A DNA stretch of 63,990 nt, filler included, from Dirinaria sp. TL-2023a (Eukaryota), in the NCBI GenBank assembly GCA_051941275.1. It is 5 parts of 5 records of this genome, joined end to end, with 100 filler letters (N's around TTAATTAATTAA, not from the genome) between each part and the next. Parts side by side here need not be neighbours in the genome. Positions count along the whole stretch, not along the records: positions 13,204 to 26,300 come from JAVEBF010000715.1; 4 more parts are not named here. One strand, 5' to 3'. A model generated the notes under the pieces. The model was not told the origin of the DNA. It made no database searches and saw only the letters and a program-made list of their open reading frames with translations. Within the stretch, counting starts at the first letter, position 1; the number at the start of each line of letters is the position of its first letter. Position numbers and translations under genes: made by a program. Shown here piece after piece: positions 13,345 through 26,400 of the stretch.

Positions 13345-14088
13345 ACAAGAGGCCAACAACCTTTAAATACTCTTACCATAAAACCATGGCTTTCCCTCCT
13401 GCCAAAGTTTCCATTTAAAGGAGAGATATTAAAAATGAAAAATCTCTTCTATCAGTGAGGAAGGAAATGAACCTTTCCCCCCTTTTTCTTTTCTATGTCC
13501 TTAAATCACCACAAATATCCGATATCACCTTAAGACAGAAGAGCTTTATACATACATACGTACATACATACCCCTACGAGCCAGCCTTCCTTCTTGAGCG
13601 CCGATCGGCTTAGGGACTTAGTAAAATCAGTACAAGTAAGGTACCTTAGTAGTAGTAGTGGGGGGGGGCGCCATTCTAGCGGGCAAGGGCATAGACATAA
13701 GGCGAGCGGAGTACATAAAATCGTCCCTCGAAAATCGGGGTCACGTTCTATGGGTATCACATGACCATGACCAGTTGAGAAGCTGGAAAAAGACAGCGAG
13801 AAAAGGGGTGTTGGTGCACAATTGATGAGATGGGTAAATGCTTGCATTGAAATAATCTAGTAGAGTGAGGTTAAAGCCCTAAGGCGAGGGGTATCTAGAA
13901 TAAGCCCAATCCAGCATGCGCTTGCCCAGCAAACAATCCTGTCTTTTTTCTTGCCAGCCTATGTTTGTTGTTGTGTGTTGTGTACCATTCATTCCCTGAA
14001 ACCGACTTAAGGTGGTCGGAGAAGAAAGGGGCGGAATAATGATAAATAATAAGCTCGGCAACAAAAAAGCCCCAGAAAGCCACTGAAC

Positions 14089-15972
14089 TCACAGATGGAG
14101 GGCTTGCGACCCTCCAACCCACTCAAGGTCGCCGTCGTCATCATGCTGCTGTTGCACATGTGTATCGCGGCGCCAGTCACGAACTTTGTTATTGATGCTT
14201 TCCTTCCTGGGCCGCGCGGATTTCCCAGAGCGCCCGGACATCCCCGACCAGACCTTTAATCCCAAGCCATCACGCCAGTTGCCAGTCGGTGCCTTCTTGG
14301 TGCCGTTTTCATCACCGCTCTGATTGGCTGCACGTCGACGGTTGCCAAGTATTGCCCACTTGTCCATGATGGTTCGTTTGGAAGGTGGAGAATAACGAGG
14401 CGAAGAGGCAGAGGCGGTGGCATCCTCGAAGACAAACCCGTCCGCATCGCGAGAAGCGATAGCCTGGCTTTGATTTGGGCTAAGAGTCCTGGAGTTGACG
14501 GTGGACGGACTCTTGATCTCGGAAAGCCCAGTGCGGCCAACAACCGTGGCATCGTTGTCCTTGCTGTCTTGACTCCAAGTCCGAGAATTTTGCTCACGGC
14601 GACGTTCGAGGACCTTTTCAGGTTGCACGACCTCCTCCGCTTCCTCATCCCAAAGGTCGGTCCAGCTTTTCGAAAATGACTCGTCCTGTTTCCCGAAGAT
14701 GGAAGACAAGGCGGGTAAAGGCCTGGATGGCTTGACAGCGAGAGATCCAGATACCGGGATGGGTTCGGACCGCGGGGCGTTGCGAGGCATGGGCGGGTTC
14801 AAAATCATTGACTGGACGGAAGCCCCGAAAATAGAGTCGAGTCCAGAGGTCAGAGACGAGTTCTGAGCAGCTGAATACCAAGAGTCGCGGTTCTCCGAAC
14901 CCGAAAACAAGTCTTCACTGTAACTCTCCGTATCAGGAATAGCGGACAATTGACGGCCCTTGCGTTGCGGGCTCATGTGCAAAGCCTTTGCCCACGGGAA
15001 AGCCCCTCCGTTGTCGACTTGCGGGCTTGAGATGGATGGTGTGCGAAGGGGCTCCCGGTTCGCGCTGGCTTGATAAACATCCCGTTCTTCGGTGCAGAAA
15101 TCATCGAAACTCTCTTCGTCAGTGGTGAAGGTAACGACCCTAAGGAGACTTTCACGGACGGCAGCAAGCGAACGCTTGTTGGGGTCAAGTGCCAAAGCGT
15201 GGGTGAGGACCTCAAACGTATCCTGTGACATATTGGGAAACACATCAAACAGTGATTGATTGTCTCTGGCAAAGTCGGCGAAGAGGACGTCCGTCTCGGT
15301 TGGCGTAACGAATGGGTTCCGGGAAAAGAGCACATTGAGCAAGCAGATACCGATGGCCCAGGTATCTGCCTTGGCCGGCGAGTAACCAGTCTCGCTGGCG
15401 TCGTATTGTTCTGGAGCCATGTACCGATCGCTGCCAACCGATGATTCGTAAGACCAAGTGTCGGTAGTCGCCAACCCAAAATCACCAAGCTTCATAGATC
15501 CATCTTGTGCAAGAAAGATGTTCTCCGGCTTAATATCGCGATGATATAGTCCTTTCGAATGCATGAAGTCCACGGCGTTGACCAACTGTAGCATGAACTC
15601 TCTCACATTTTTGGTCTCTAAAGGTCCGTGACCATGGTAGATGGCTTCGTACAAGTCACCCATAGAACAGAACTCTAGAACCAAATAAGTGTGTGCTTCG
15701 GTTTCGAAAGCCCGGACGAGGTTGACAATGTTGGGGTGGTGACCAAGGCGGTCATGGCAAGCGAGCTCCAGGGTCGCGTCTTCTTTCGATACCACAGGAC
15801 ATCCATTGGAGGTTCCGACTTTAGTTAGACACTTGATGGCGACAAGATCGGTTGTAGTGAGGTCCTTCGCCAGGAAGACCATGCCGAATGAGCCATGATT
15901 AAGGGGGGAGACCGACTCGTAACGCCCATCCAGAAGCAACCCCTGAGCAAAACCGTCTTTCATGCACGCCAT
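14089..15972 (-). CDS. KSP1: Ser/Thr protein kinase, KSP1/Ran1-like
   Basis: Intronless 627-aa ORF: LNHGSFGMVF, VAIKCL, YHRDIKPEN, DFG, VGSDRYMAPE, LLNVLFSRNPF; long low-complexity tail. Confidence 0.88.
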   Translation of the reverse strand: MACMKDGFAQGLLLDGRYESVSPLNHGSFGMVFLAKDLTTTDLVAIKCLTKVGTSNGCPVVSKEDATLELACHDRLGHHPNIVNLVRAFETEAHTYLVLEFCSMGDLYEAIYHGHGPLETKNVREFMLQLVNAVDFMHSKGLYHRDIKPENIFLAQDGSMKLGDFGLATTDTWSYESSVGSDRYMAPEQYDASETGYSPAKADTWAIGICLLNVLFSRNPFVTPTETDVLFADFARDNQSLFDVFPNMSQDTFEVLTHALALDPNKRSLAAVRESLLRVVTFTTDEESFDDFCTEERDVYQASANREPLRTPSISSPQVDNGGAFPWAKALHMSPQRKGRQLSAIPDTESYSEDLFSGSENRDSWYSAAQNSSLTSGLDSIFGASVQSMILNPPMPRNAPRSEPIPVSGSLAVKPSRPLPALSSIFGKQDESFSKSWTDLWDEEAEEVVQPEKVLERRREQNSRTWSQDSKDNDATVVGRTGLSEIKSPSTVNSRTLSPNQSQAIASRDADGFVFEDATASASSPRYSPPSKRTIMDKWAILGNRRRAANQSGDENGTKKAPTGNWRDGLGLKVWSGMSGRSGKSARPRKESINNKVRDWRRDTHVQQQHDDDGDLEWVGGSQALHL

Positions 15973-18900
15973 GAATCCCGATACTCAAATGCCCGAGTAA
16001 ACCCAAGGAGCCCCAAATTGCAGAGACTGACAGGTCAGCGGAGGGACGAGAGTCTCCGATGCGATGTCACAGTGATCGACTATCGTAAACGAAGGCTGAA
16101 AATCTTTCGCAACTCTCTGGCAGATCGTCCTCGACTGCTGCGGCGCTATGGAGGCTTAGAAAGGGAACCGATTTCGAGTCGTTAAGGTCGTCCTGGACTG
16201 GATAAAGCAAAGATCAGAACTGGAAAAGCAAACGCTAGATACACCTCTCCGCCCTTCGCTCATGAACACCGGCTAAAACTCCTTTTCGTTCTATCAGAGA
16301 CTCATGTGCAAGATAATACTATGGGTTTATTTTCGTAAGCAGCAAGGAAAAGCAGAACAAAGGGGCCGATAGAAGCAGGATGGGCACTGCTTGGGCAAGG
16401 GAAGAGCTATGTCGACATGAGATTAGAAAAGGCCGTATGTAGAAGTTGCTTGAACGAAAGCTTGGAACCGGACAATTAGGAACCTAGTTGAAGGAAAGGA
16501 CGTCGAGTCAAGCCGACAGATGGTGGACTGAAATCAAGTGTGTGGCCCGCTTCGTAGAGGCGAAGAGCAAAGGGGCTCTGGGCGGTGATGGATGGTTTTC
16601 TTGCAGATTTGAAGTGAAGTTAAGGTTGGCAGAAGATTCTTTGTCACTGTTGGCCAAGGACGCTGAGAGCCAACGTTAAGGTATCGATCACACGTGAAGA
16701 ATAACCAGTAGCTGAACCGTGCAGAGCTATTCCAGCGGGGCGGTGATCGCCGTGGTGGCTGTTGAGATCACAGCAAGGTCATGGGAGGCAGCAACAATTT
16801 GACCTGAACCGATGCTGAAGCTTGTAGACCTGATGTTGGCCCGACTCGCAGAGTTGAGGGAGGAGAGGTATGGGGGAGAGGCAACAGGGTTGGAGGAGGT
16901 TGAAGATTAATGCGTTGCTTGGCCGAGGGGCGGAGGTGGGAGGTGAAACTGAGGCGATGGTCCGAGTTGCGTAGGCGACGGCTGATTGACTGCGAGGAAT
17001 GCAAGGGAGGGAGAGACGAACACAACAAAGAAACGCCGAGTAACGGGCAGACAATGACGATGGAAGACTGATTGAGGAATTGAAGAAGACAGTGATCAGG
17101 TCATTGCTGTGGTTATAGAGCTTGAAGGATAATCATGACTGTTTGGGGAGGGGTGTGAAGGTAAAGGTATGGTAGAAGAGAAGAGAAGACGAAGGAGCAG
17201 CTGCACTCATAGTCTCATACTACCTTACTACTGTATCTTAGGTAATGTAAGTAACAAGGGAACCCAAGACGACGGTGGCAGGGGTCGGAGATTGTGCTGA
17301 ACCAGTCAAAGAGCGAGCTGGCGAAAACGGCATAGCCTCCTTCATGATGTGCTTCGAGACAAGGCATAACAGAACGGGATGCTTGGCCCAGGTCTTGGAT
17401 GAAGGTCTCGTGCATCGCATAATCCCAGGGCTATGTAGGCCTATCTGGGGGGCTAGTGTGGCTACCAGGGCAACCCGAGTCTGCTAACGCCTTGTCCCGC
17501 CACTTTTTTGGCCCAGCGTTTCCCATAGAGCCCATGATTCGGATTGATTCCATTCCAGCAACAACACTACTGGATCCGGCCACAGCCCAACCCCATTGTA
17601 GCATGACGGCAGTTTTTGAGACTTCGCTTACGCTTGTAGAAGATCCCGTCGTCATTAGTTGTAGCATTTTATTGTTGTTGGGCTTGGAATGGTAGAGTGG
17701 TCGAGAAAGTAGTGGACACATCATCAATTCCGCCAGATCGGTGATTCGCCTAGGCTTACGAGCCCGATCACCAATACTCCGTACCACTATTATTATTGTT
17801 TACCCCCTCCCCCAGCATTATCGGGTTCGAAATAAGCTCATCAGCACGGATGATCTTATTATGGGAATAATGTATTGATTGGCAGATGCAGTTGGGAGAC
17901 ATATTCATGCTCGAGACGAGCCCAAACAGATGGCCGGCGTTTAGTTGGAAATGGCGACTGGCGAAAAGCATGGACTTATCTGCAACGACCCCTCACTTGC
18001 CCTTAGTCGCTCAAACAGTCAGCTGCAGCGGATAGAAATTTGCAGTCCCAACTCCCGCCAACACCAATCCGGATTATCTGATCGGCCTCGCGTGCGTCAG
18101 TAGTTGCCCATCTCCTGCTGGCCTCTTTCACGTTGTGTTTTGCCCTTCTGCAGTCTGCCCCTCTCTCCCTCGGCGAAATCTTTTTTGGCTCCCAATCAAG
18201 GGCCCCGCTTAGCCCACCTCAGTTGCCACACCTTTTCTGCCACCGTGGTTAGTACGATCAACGATACCTTACCTTACCTTACTACCTCATTGCTGTCAAT
18301 TTCCGGCCACGCCTCCTCCATGCAGCGTTAGTCAGCCTCCAAGCCAACCACTGCCTCCCCCATCATCGCTCGGCTTAACGCGTCATTGGTCGACCGCTCC
18401 TTCCGCGATCCCATCGAGGACGAATTTGTTTCGTCGCGATCTCTTTGTGCAGTTCTCGTTTCGCGCAAATTAATAGTGACCCGATGGATTGTTCTCAAAC
18501 GACACTACGATCATACCATTGGATCGATGCTATCATCTCCCTTTACATGCTTTCTGAATAGTAAGGTAACGTGCAACGGCCTCCGCGCGTACAGTACAAC
18601 GTCTTGCTCGCTCTACACGCAGTTCCCTATTCCCTGGTATGTACAGTACGTATGCACCGTACTCCGTACTCCATTGCTTTCGGGAAAAAATGCAGGCACC
18701 GAATCGACGGCCCACGTTCTAGGGAGCTGCATCAAACTTTGATTCGACGATTGGGCTGCAGCTAAATGTTGCATTTTTCCATTTGTCTCCGAATGTAAGC
18801 GTCCTTGGCTCTGCAAGCGTCTGTCAAAAAGCGTCTAGAATTCTAGATTCAACATTATTATTCCCGTGCTCACCGGCCTCCTGGACCTTTCTTTTACTTC

Positions 18901-19106
18901 TTCTTCGTTGATTCGATTAGCAAATATAGCACTTCTCCTCCTTTTGCTTTGTATGCTCGGATGCTTCCCATGGGTTTCAACTAGAAAGATTGACTTTTTA
19001 TTCTAGACCATCTTGCCTAAGACTACCTTATCCTATAACCTTAGCGTTATCGTGTCATTATTCCGAATTATCTCAATAGATGTAACCTCATATCATCCTC
19101 AGCAGT

Positions 19107-20196
19107 CTAATTCAGATTCTGGAGAATACCAGGTTCTATCTTCTCCAATTTCTCGCTCAATTCCTGCCAGACTTTCCTTTGTGTTACCGCTCCTTCGGCA
19201 CTTAGTACGAAAGATGATTCACTGATCACGTCATCATCATGATTGGAAAACGTACTTGAAACACTTACTTTGAGACGCACGAGTCGGCCATATATTTTCC
19301 GTGTGTCTCTTCTCCCCCAGCTGCGGCTGCTACGAGTGTTCTACTTCCCACCTCAGTCGAGCGTGCGATTATCGTCTGCATTATGGTCATGAATATCTTC
19401 GACACACCCTTCGTCTCGCGGAAGAAGTCCGATTTGCAAGCTCCAGGAGTAAGGCAGTTGACGATGACACGAGAGTTTGATGATTTACTAATGGCATCGC
19501 TAATTGACCGCACAGCAAAGATTTCAAGCAGTTTCGTAACAGCATATCTTATTGCATAGTTAGCTCCTGGGTGCTGATATGCATCTTTTCTGGCTGAGCT
19601 TACCTGTCTGGCATATTTGCTCGTTCCCGGTCATTGAGCGCATCGAAAATCCTGTTGGCGCTCTTTTCCTCGAATTGGGCCACGAAATGGAGACCCGAGG
19701 TAACGATGCTCAATCTTGGCAGAGTGTTGAACTTCGCCGTTTCCCGCAATTTGGGAAGCATTAGCAAGGCCAGCAGGAAAGTGCTGATGACATTGGTCGT
19801 CACGGTATTCTCATCTCGCTCCGTGATCACAAAGTTCTTCTGCATTATACCTGCATTCTCAAGAAGTACATCAATTCTTTCCAATGTTTGAGCCTTCTTT
19901 GCAAATTGTTTAACAGATTCATAGCTTGCTAAGTCGAGGTTCCAGACTTCGACGACGCCACGTCGTCCTGTACTTTGCTCGATTGAGACCTTAGCGACAT
20001 CACCTTTTGAAGCATTGCGTACGGCTAGGATGACTTTCTCGGCGTCAAGGCGAACAAGATGTCGTGCAGCTTCCAGCCCCAGACCTGTATTACTGCCCGT
20101 TACGATGGCAACCTGGTCCGCAAAGGAATGGGCAGGATATCCGGGTCGGACGAAAAGCTGGCTGTAAAGAAAGTTTAAAGTCCACGATAACGACAT
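19107..20196 (-). CDS. Short-chain dehydrogenase/reductase (retinol dehydrogenase/WWOX-like subgroup)
   Basis: TGSNTGLG, LENAG, catalytic YAVTK after intron 1, NCLTPGACKSD, ARSTEVGSRTLV; last exon ends KLEKIEPGILQNLN* (TAG 19107-19109). Confidence 0.9.
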
Positions 20197-22218
20197 TTCA
20201 AAGGATGTGGATAATTGGCATTGAGATTATCGTCACAAGTGGTATAATCGGATGAGGCATGATCAGAACTCCAAACTTCAACAGAATAAGGTACTCTATA
20301 TATCCTCATAATGTCTACCTTGCGTCAAGTATTGCTGCGCTCTCTAAGGTGCATTGTGATATGTCTGCCGTCTGGTCCATCTCGGTTTAGGTTTAGACGA
20401 GGGCCGGGCGAGCACCGCTTCCGCCTCCGGAACCTCGGATGCGCTGGAGCCGGATAAAAAGTAGCCAATAATGCCATCATGCTTTCAATTACTAATCAAC
20501 GACGCGCTGCACTACAAACACTCGATTTCAAAACGTCTAGACCTTTTATTCACTTGATTCCTTCGCAGGATGACGCCTTTAATATGGCATCCATGCAGCG
20601 TTGGCACCATTCTTCATTCTTGAGTTTGAGAGCAGGGCCGTACTGGTTTCGGAAAATGCACCAAACACAAGTTCCCTTCGCTCCGTGTGGTAAGTCGACG
20701 GTTCCTGTGGAAAGCCTCCGCCAAGCTTGGACGAGACAAGTAGTCTTCACTGGAATGATCATTTAACAAGACTCGCTGTTACTTCCTCGTTGGCCAAATG
20801 TTGGCTGCGAGAGTGTTGATTATATTGAGCTATTTACGCGTGCTTCCTGACACCATTCTGAGCGCGTACCTCATGACTGGGTCGTGCTAAAGCAAGTTCT
20901 TCTCTGAGCCCTGTTCGGTGCCGAAAGTTCACCCAACCATGACGTGGGTCCTCACCTGCGTTGTCTAATCCGCTGAAACATATCGGCCTATACATCTAAC
21001 GATAAAATGCATCTCCACAATGACCTTGCATTCTTAGACACAGGGGTGGGGGGCGCGCTTTCTATCTTTTGCTCTATGCTGCTGCAAGCATTGCTAAGGG
21101 CTACTAACGGTGAATGCATGTGTTTTATGTTTCTATCCAAAGGCAGCTTCGTTCAGCAGGACTCACCGTCGTCAAATCTTAGCATTTTGCTTTTCGCACC
21201 AGCAGAGCCATTGCTCATCGAGGATTGTTGTATGTAGTTGCGTCCAACTCCACAGTTAATGTATAAATGGAATTGCTACCGCAGGTCGAATAGTCAAAAC
21301 AGATTTATAATGCTTGATTGGTCGAATTAAATATCGTGCACATTTTTCATTGTTTTCCAGTTTTCCTCTGGGACCAGCAACTACTTCTGAGAGTCATCAA
21401 TTTGGCAGCTCCATTTTACAGAGTGTGCCACTTTCTGCAAACTACGGCGATCGAGGTGTCATAGGCTGTTTTGTTCTCCATGATTCCTTGCTGGTCAATT
21501 GTCCAAGTGCGGCTCTTTCCACACTAGTCGTGCTGCGACTTACCAGCACTACCCAGTCACAGTGATAGATTGTTCCATCATCTCTTGAGAAAGGCTGAAT
21601 ATTTGGTGACACGCTAAATGATCATATCATGCGTTCGAATCTGGAAAAACTGGCTCGTTACTTCAACAAAGATAAAACAAACTATGATAGTATTTATTGA
21701 GTAACCAGTAGCAGTGAGCATACGTTCATGAGCACAAGTATTCCGCCGAGCCTGCAAGCTCAGGCAATGCCAGCAATTCCTTGCCGGGGCTAGTTGTTGA
21801 GGCTCTAAGTAGGATTTAGGGAGTCGTTAGTAGCAATTTGAGTCATGTAGGCAAGAATCCGGTCCTAATGATAGATCTCAAGGTTGGAAGACATTATTGT
21901 TATTCCGCTAACCTCCGAGCCTCAGGTACTACCTAGTAGTTCTTCTACCTTAGGGTTTGTTCTCCTTAGAGACAACCCTAGATGGATAGTTTAAGGTAAG
22001 GTACCTTAAGGTACAACTGTATTTTGAGGTAACCACGCCTTCAGGCCCACAGGCATAAGGAATTTACTTTATGTGAGCAATTGCATGTCTCCCTACTGGG
22101 AAGTAGCGAAGGCGAAGGATGTGATAGGGCTAAATTTTCAGAAGCATGCATCAAATCACCAGTATTAAGCTCTCAACCACAATACTGAGCCAAGTATTTG
22201 AAGAAATCAAAGCAGGTA

Positions 22219-25200
22219 ATGGCGCCTTCAGATTTTACCGGAAATGCGGCTCTTCCCGATATTCAGAAGAAAGATGAGGAATCCTTGCCTATCTTCAAGG
22301 TCGAAAGGGTCCAGCTCCAATTTTCCATTTCTGCGGACTTCGTTGCTGCGCAAGTTGCCAACAACGTCCTTATATTAGCCCTGTCAACAGGTCGTATACT
22401 TCGGATAGACCTTGATAACCCCTCTGACATAGATGGTAAGCATATGCTACTCCGGATCGGGAAGCAACTGCTGAAGTTGGCCTACAGATGTTGATCTACC
22501 ACGGAAAGCGACGGACGTGGGTCTCATCCGCCGCATGTTTCTTGACCCTTCGGCCTCGCACTTGATAATCACAACCACACTTGCAGAAAATTTTTATCTT
22601 CACACGCAGTCAAGGCAGCCTAAAGCCTTGTCGAGATTGAAAGGCGTGAGCATCGAAAGTGTCGCATGGAACCCGTCCCTGCCTACGGCGTCCACCAGGG
22701 AAATTCTCTTAGGCGCCTCCGATGGCAATGTATATGAAGCTTACATCGAACCATCGAACGAGTTCTATCGCAGGGAAGAGAAATACCTGAAAACCGTTTA
22801 CAAGGTAGATGGGTCGGTGACTGGACTTTGGTTAGACACTATCCCAGGCAGAAGTGATATGAAAAGAGTGCTTGTGGGAACGGCGAATAGATTACTGCAT
22901 TTCCTGGGGCGTACTGGAAGATCTGGCCAAGAAGGATCGGGCTCGATATATTCGAAGCTCTTCGAAATCGAGACTCCTACGCAGTATGAAACACCATTGG
23001 GTGCTAAATCAGCACCATCAGCCCTGAACGTTTCGCCAGACCCGCCTGAAGTAATCCAGACTGACGATGGAATCGAGGAACGCAGCTACGCCTGGCTTTC
23101 TACTCAAGGAATTCTTCATGGCAAGCTTCGAACTAGGTTGACATCTAGCGATCTGGGTAGCAGCGTCTTCAACAATTCGAAGATGCTTTCCCGATCACAA
23201 TTTCCATCCTCTGAGGCCACTAGTGGCCGGAAAAGGCCAATTCAAGAGCCAATTGCAAGCTCCATACTCTCTCAGTGGCACATTATTAGTCTTGTAGAAG
23301 GTCGCATAGTGGCAGCTCAGCGGCTTGATGAACGTATTGTGTACGACCAGATTGTGCTCGAGCCTGGCGAAACTGCGGTCAACCTTCTTGCCGACCAAAA
23401 GAAGAACACGTACTGGTTGTTCACAACTCAGGAAATCTTCGAAATCGTGGTAACGGACGAGGACCGTGATGTCTGGAGAATTATGTTGAATTCTCAGCGA
23501 TTCGACCTTGCATCGCAGTACGCAAAGACTGCGCCGCAGAAGGACGCCGTCGCAATGGCTTCAGGAGATCACTTGATTGGCAAGGGCCAATATCTCGAGG
23601 CTGCCACTGTCTATGGGAAGAGTAGCAGGCCATTCGAGCAGGTTGCTTTGACTTTTATCGATCACGGCGAGCAAGACGCTTTGAGGAGATATCTATTGAT
23701 CAAGCTAGCGACGTACAAAAAGTCCTTCATCATGCAACGAATGATGATTGCTAGCTGGCTTGTTGAGATATTCATGTCGAAATTTAATTCCTTAGATGAC
23801 ACCATCATAACGAAAGCCCAGCTCACCGAGAACTCGAATACTGCAGAATCTAAGGACGAGCTCTCCAAGGTACGTAAGGAATTCAGAGACTTTGTTGCGA
23901 GACACCAGACAGACCTTGACTCCAAAACCACCTATGAAATTATAAGCAGCCACGGACGCGAGCAGGAATTACTTTCCTATGCCACAGAGATAAATGACTA
24001 CAACTATGTACTGTCGTATTGGGTACAGCGTGAGCGCTGGCAAGAAGCACTCAATGTCTTAAAGCAGCAAACGGACCAAGAAACCTTCTACAAGTATAGC
24101 AGCGTTCTCATGACCCATATTCCTGGCGATCTAGTAGACGTCCTCATGCGCCATCCGGATCTCGATTCTCGTAAGCTGATCCCAGCTCTACTCAATTACA
24201 ACAAAGGCGACCGAATCCCGCTGTCGCAGAATCAAGCAGTACGCTACCTGAACTACTGCATCAATACCCTCAACTCCACTGACGGAGCGATTCACAACAC
24301 CCTCATCTCAATTTACGCTTCAGACTCTTCGCCGTCCGAAAGCGCTCTTCTTTCCTATCTTTCCAGTCAATCTGCCTCAGGGAAGCGTTCCTACGACACT
24401 GATTTCGCGTTCCGGCTCTGTATCCAGCACGGCCGCGTACAATCGGCAGTACACATTTACTCCTCGATGGGACAATATGCTTCGGCCGTCTCTTTAGCTC
24501 TCAAACATGATGAGATTGAGCTCGCATCCATAGTCGCCGACCGGCCGGCTGATACGGATCCGGCACTGCGTAAGAGACTTTGGCTGGCCGTAGCAAAGAA
24601 GGTCATATCTTCCAAGGGCAAAGGTAGCATCAAGACGGCTATGGATCTTTTGAAACGGTGCGACCTGCTTCGCATCGAAGACCTGATTCCGTTCTTTCCG
24701 GATTTCGTAATCATCGACGATTTCAAGGCCGAGATCTGTGCTGCATTGGAATCGTACAGCAAGTCCATAGCGGACCTTGACGCCGAAATGGACGCGTCAG
24801 CCGCTACAGCCGAATCTATCAAAAGCGACATCAAAGCGCTTGGAAAGAGATACGCCATCGTCGAGCCTGGAGAGAGGTGCAGAGTATGCGAGCTTCCGCT
24901 CCTGGCCAGGCAATTTTTTGTCTTTCCAAGCTGTCAGCATGGTTTCCACAGTGACTGCCTCGGGAAAAAGGTTCTGGAGGGAAGTGGCATAGCGGTCAGA
25001 GGGAGGATCCGCGAGCTGCAAGCCAGCATTGCCCGGGGCGGACGCAGGGAGCGAGAGGGTAGGGAATTGGACGCTTTGGTGGCTGGCAGCTGGTAGATTG
25101 CTAATGCCTTGCTGATGTGGTTTGGAGAACATGACCGCTGACCGTCGATTTAGCGTCTTGTGCGGTGATCTGGCTATCAAGCAAATCGAGGAACCCTTCG

Positions 25201-25238
25201 TGAACGACGCAGACCATGCTGACGACTGGGCAATCTGA
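22219..25238 (+). CDS. PEP3: Vacuolar protein sorting Pep3/Vps18 (HOPS/CORVET core)
   Basis: FVAAQVANNVLILALSTGRILRIDL, RMFLDPSASHLII, clathrin-repeat region, RING CRVC...FPSCQHGFHSDC...C|VLCGD; introns near 22436-22488 and 25093-25153; TGA 25236-25238. Confidence 0.95.
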
Positions 25239-26300
25239 AGTCGGGAAACTCTTAGCTAGATGCAAGACGCAGATACCAAGGTGTGCTTCAAAGCGAACTT
25301 TGTACGGAGATGCTCGTCCAGCGTCCGCAAAACGAGAGACTCTTTTTGAACGAGCCGATCCTACCGAAACAGCCTTAACCTCAGCTTTAGCGTCGCCAGA
25401 AGCCGATGAGGCGCCGCTTTGTGGAGGAAGCTTCTGATCGCTACCCGGTCTTGCTTCGAAGATGTTCTCGGCGGGCGAAACTGGCTTTGGATTGACCGGA
25501 CGGAGATCAGGATCCGCGTGAACGGTCTACTGATGGCAAACGGAGACAAACTTGGAGTGATTAGTGACCAGCATGGATGCAAGCAGCTACTGAAGGAAGA
25601 GATGCGGGGGGTTGCAGGCCAGCCCTGTACGTGGAGTGCACGATGCATTCGCAAGCGTGGCTGCTACATGGACGACGCATGCAGATGGCCATCCCCTGGA
25701 TCGAAGGATTGGTCCGGTATCAGCTGGATCGCGGCATCACGGTTCCACTCCGCAAGCGTCAGCGAACTTGTCTACTTTGCCACTGATGCGGTCATCATGG
25801 ACGGTTCCAGGCTTTCCCTCAGTGATGCCCGTGGTGGCTTCGATTATTGTATCCGGCGAGAGCGTGGCTCAGGACTTGGTACTCTCGGGGGTGCTGGTTC
25901 CTTGACGAGAGAGGATCAACAGATATCTGCCTTCCTCTCCCAGGTGCTCTCTTCTGGCTGCGCCATCTATACACGAGGGACGATGGCTATCTGTATGTCC
26001 GATGATCAATTGGAGGACGACTGGATGACAATTTGCAAGGCCGATGACCTTGGGCATGTAGGTCGACTATCGGCCCCTGCAGCGTCAGATCGAAAGGCCG
26101 GGCCGGGCGGATCGGTTCACATAGATGATACGGGGAGGGTGGTATGCAGTAGTGCCCAGATGAACGATCTCCCCGCACGCACGTTATCCGAGAGGTCAAT
26201 AATGCAAGATTGAGCATATGCGCAGGATGGATGAGCGATTGGAGAGCGCCCACGTTTGATTGTGAAACGAAAGACGGGACACGAGGGAGGTGAAAGGGGG

Positions 26301-26400
26301 NNNNNNNNNNNNNNNNNNNNNNNNNNNNNNNNNNNNNNNNNNNNTTAATTAATTAANNNNNNNNNNNNNNNNNNNNNNNNNNNNNNNNNNNNNNNNNNNN
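26301..26400. other. Artificial contig-joining spacer
   Basis: N44-TTAATTAATTAA-N44. Confidence 0.97.

Noticed and set aside
20250..21850. Possible decayed gene between the SDR and PEP3
   Set aside because: Only short Cys-containing frames; no family recognisable.
21900..22020. TA-rich patch with palindrome GTACCTTAAGGTAC as a possible MITE or RIP relic
   Set aside because: No terminal inverted repeats or target-site duplication; built from the TACCT/AGGTA simple motif found across the window.
25419..26213. 264-aa plus-strand ORF downstream of PEP3
   Set aside because: Non-ATG start, Cys/Trp-rich atypical composition, no recognisable motif on either strand; cannot support as a gene.
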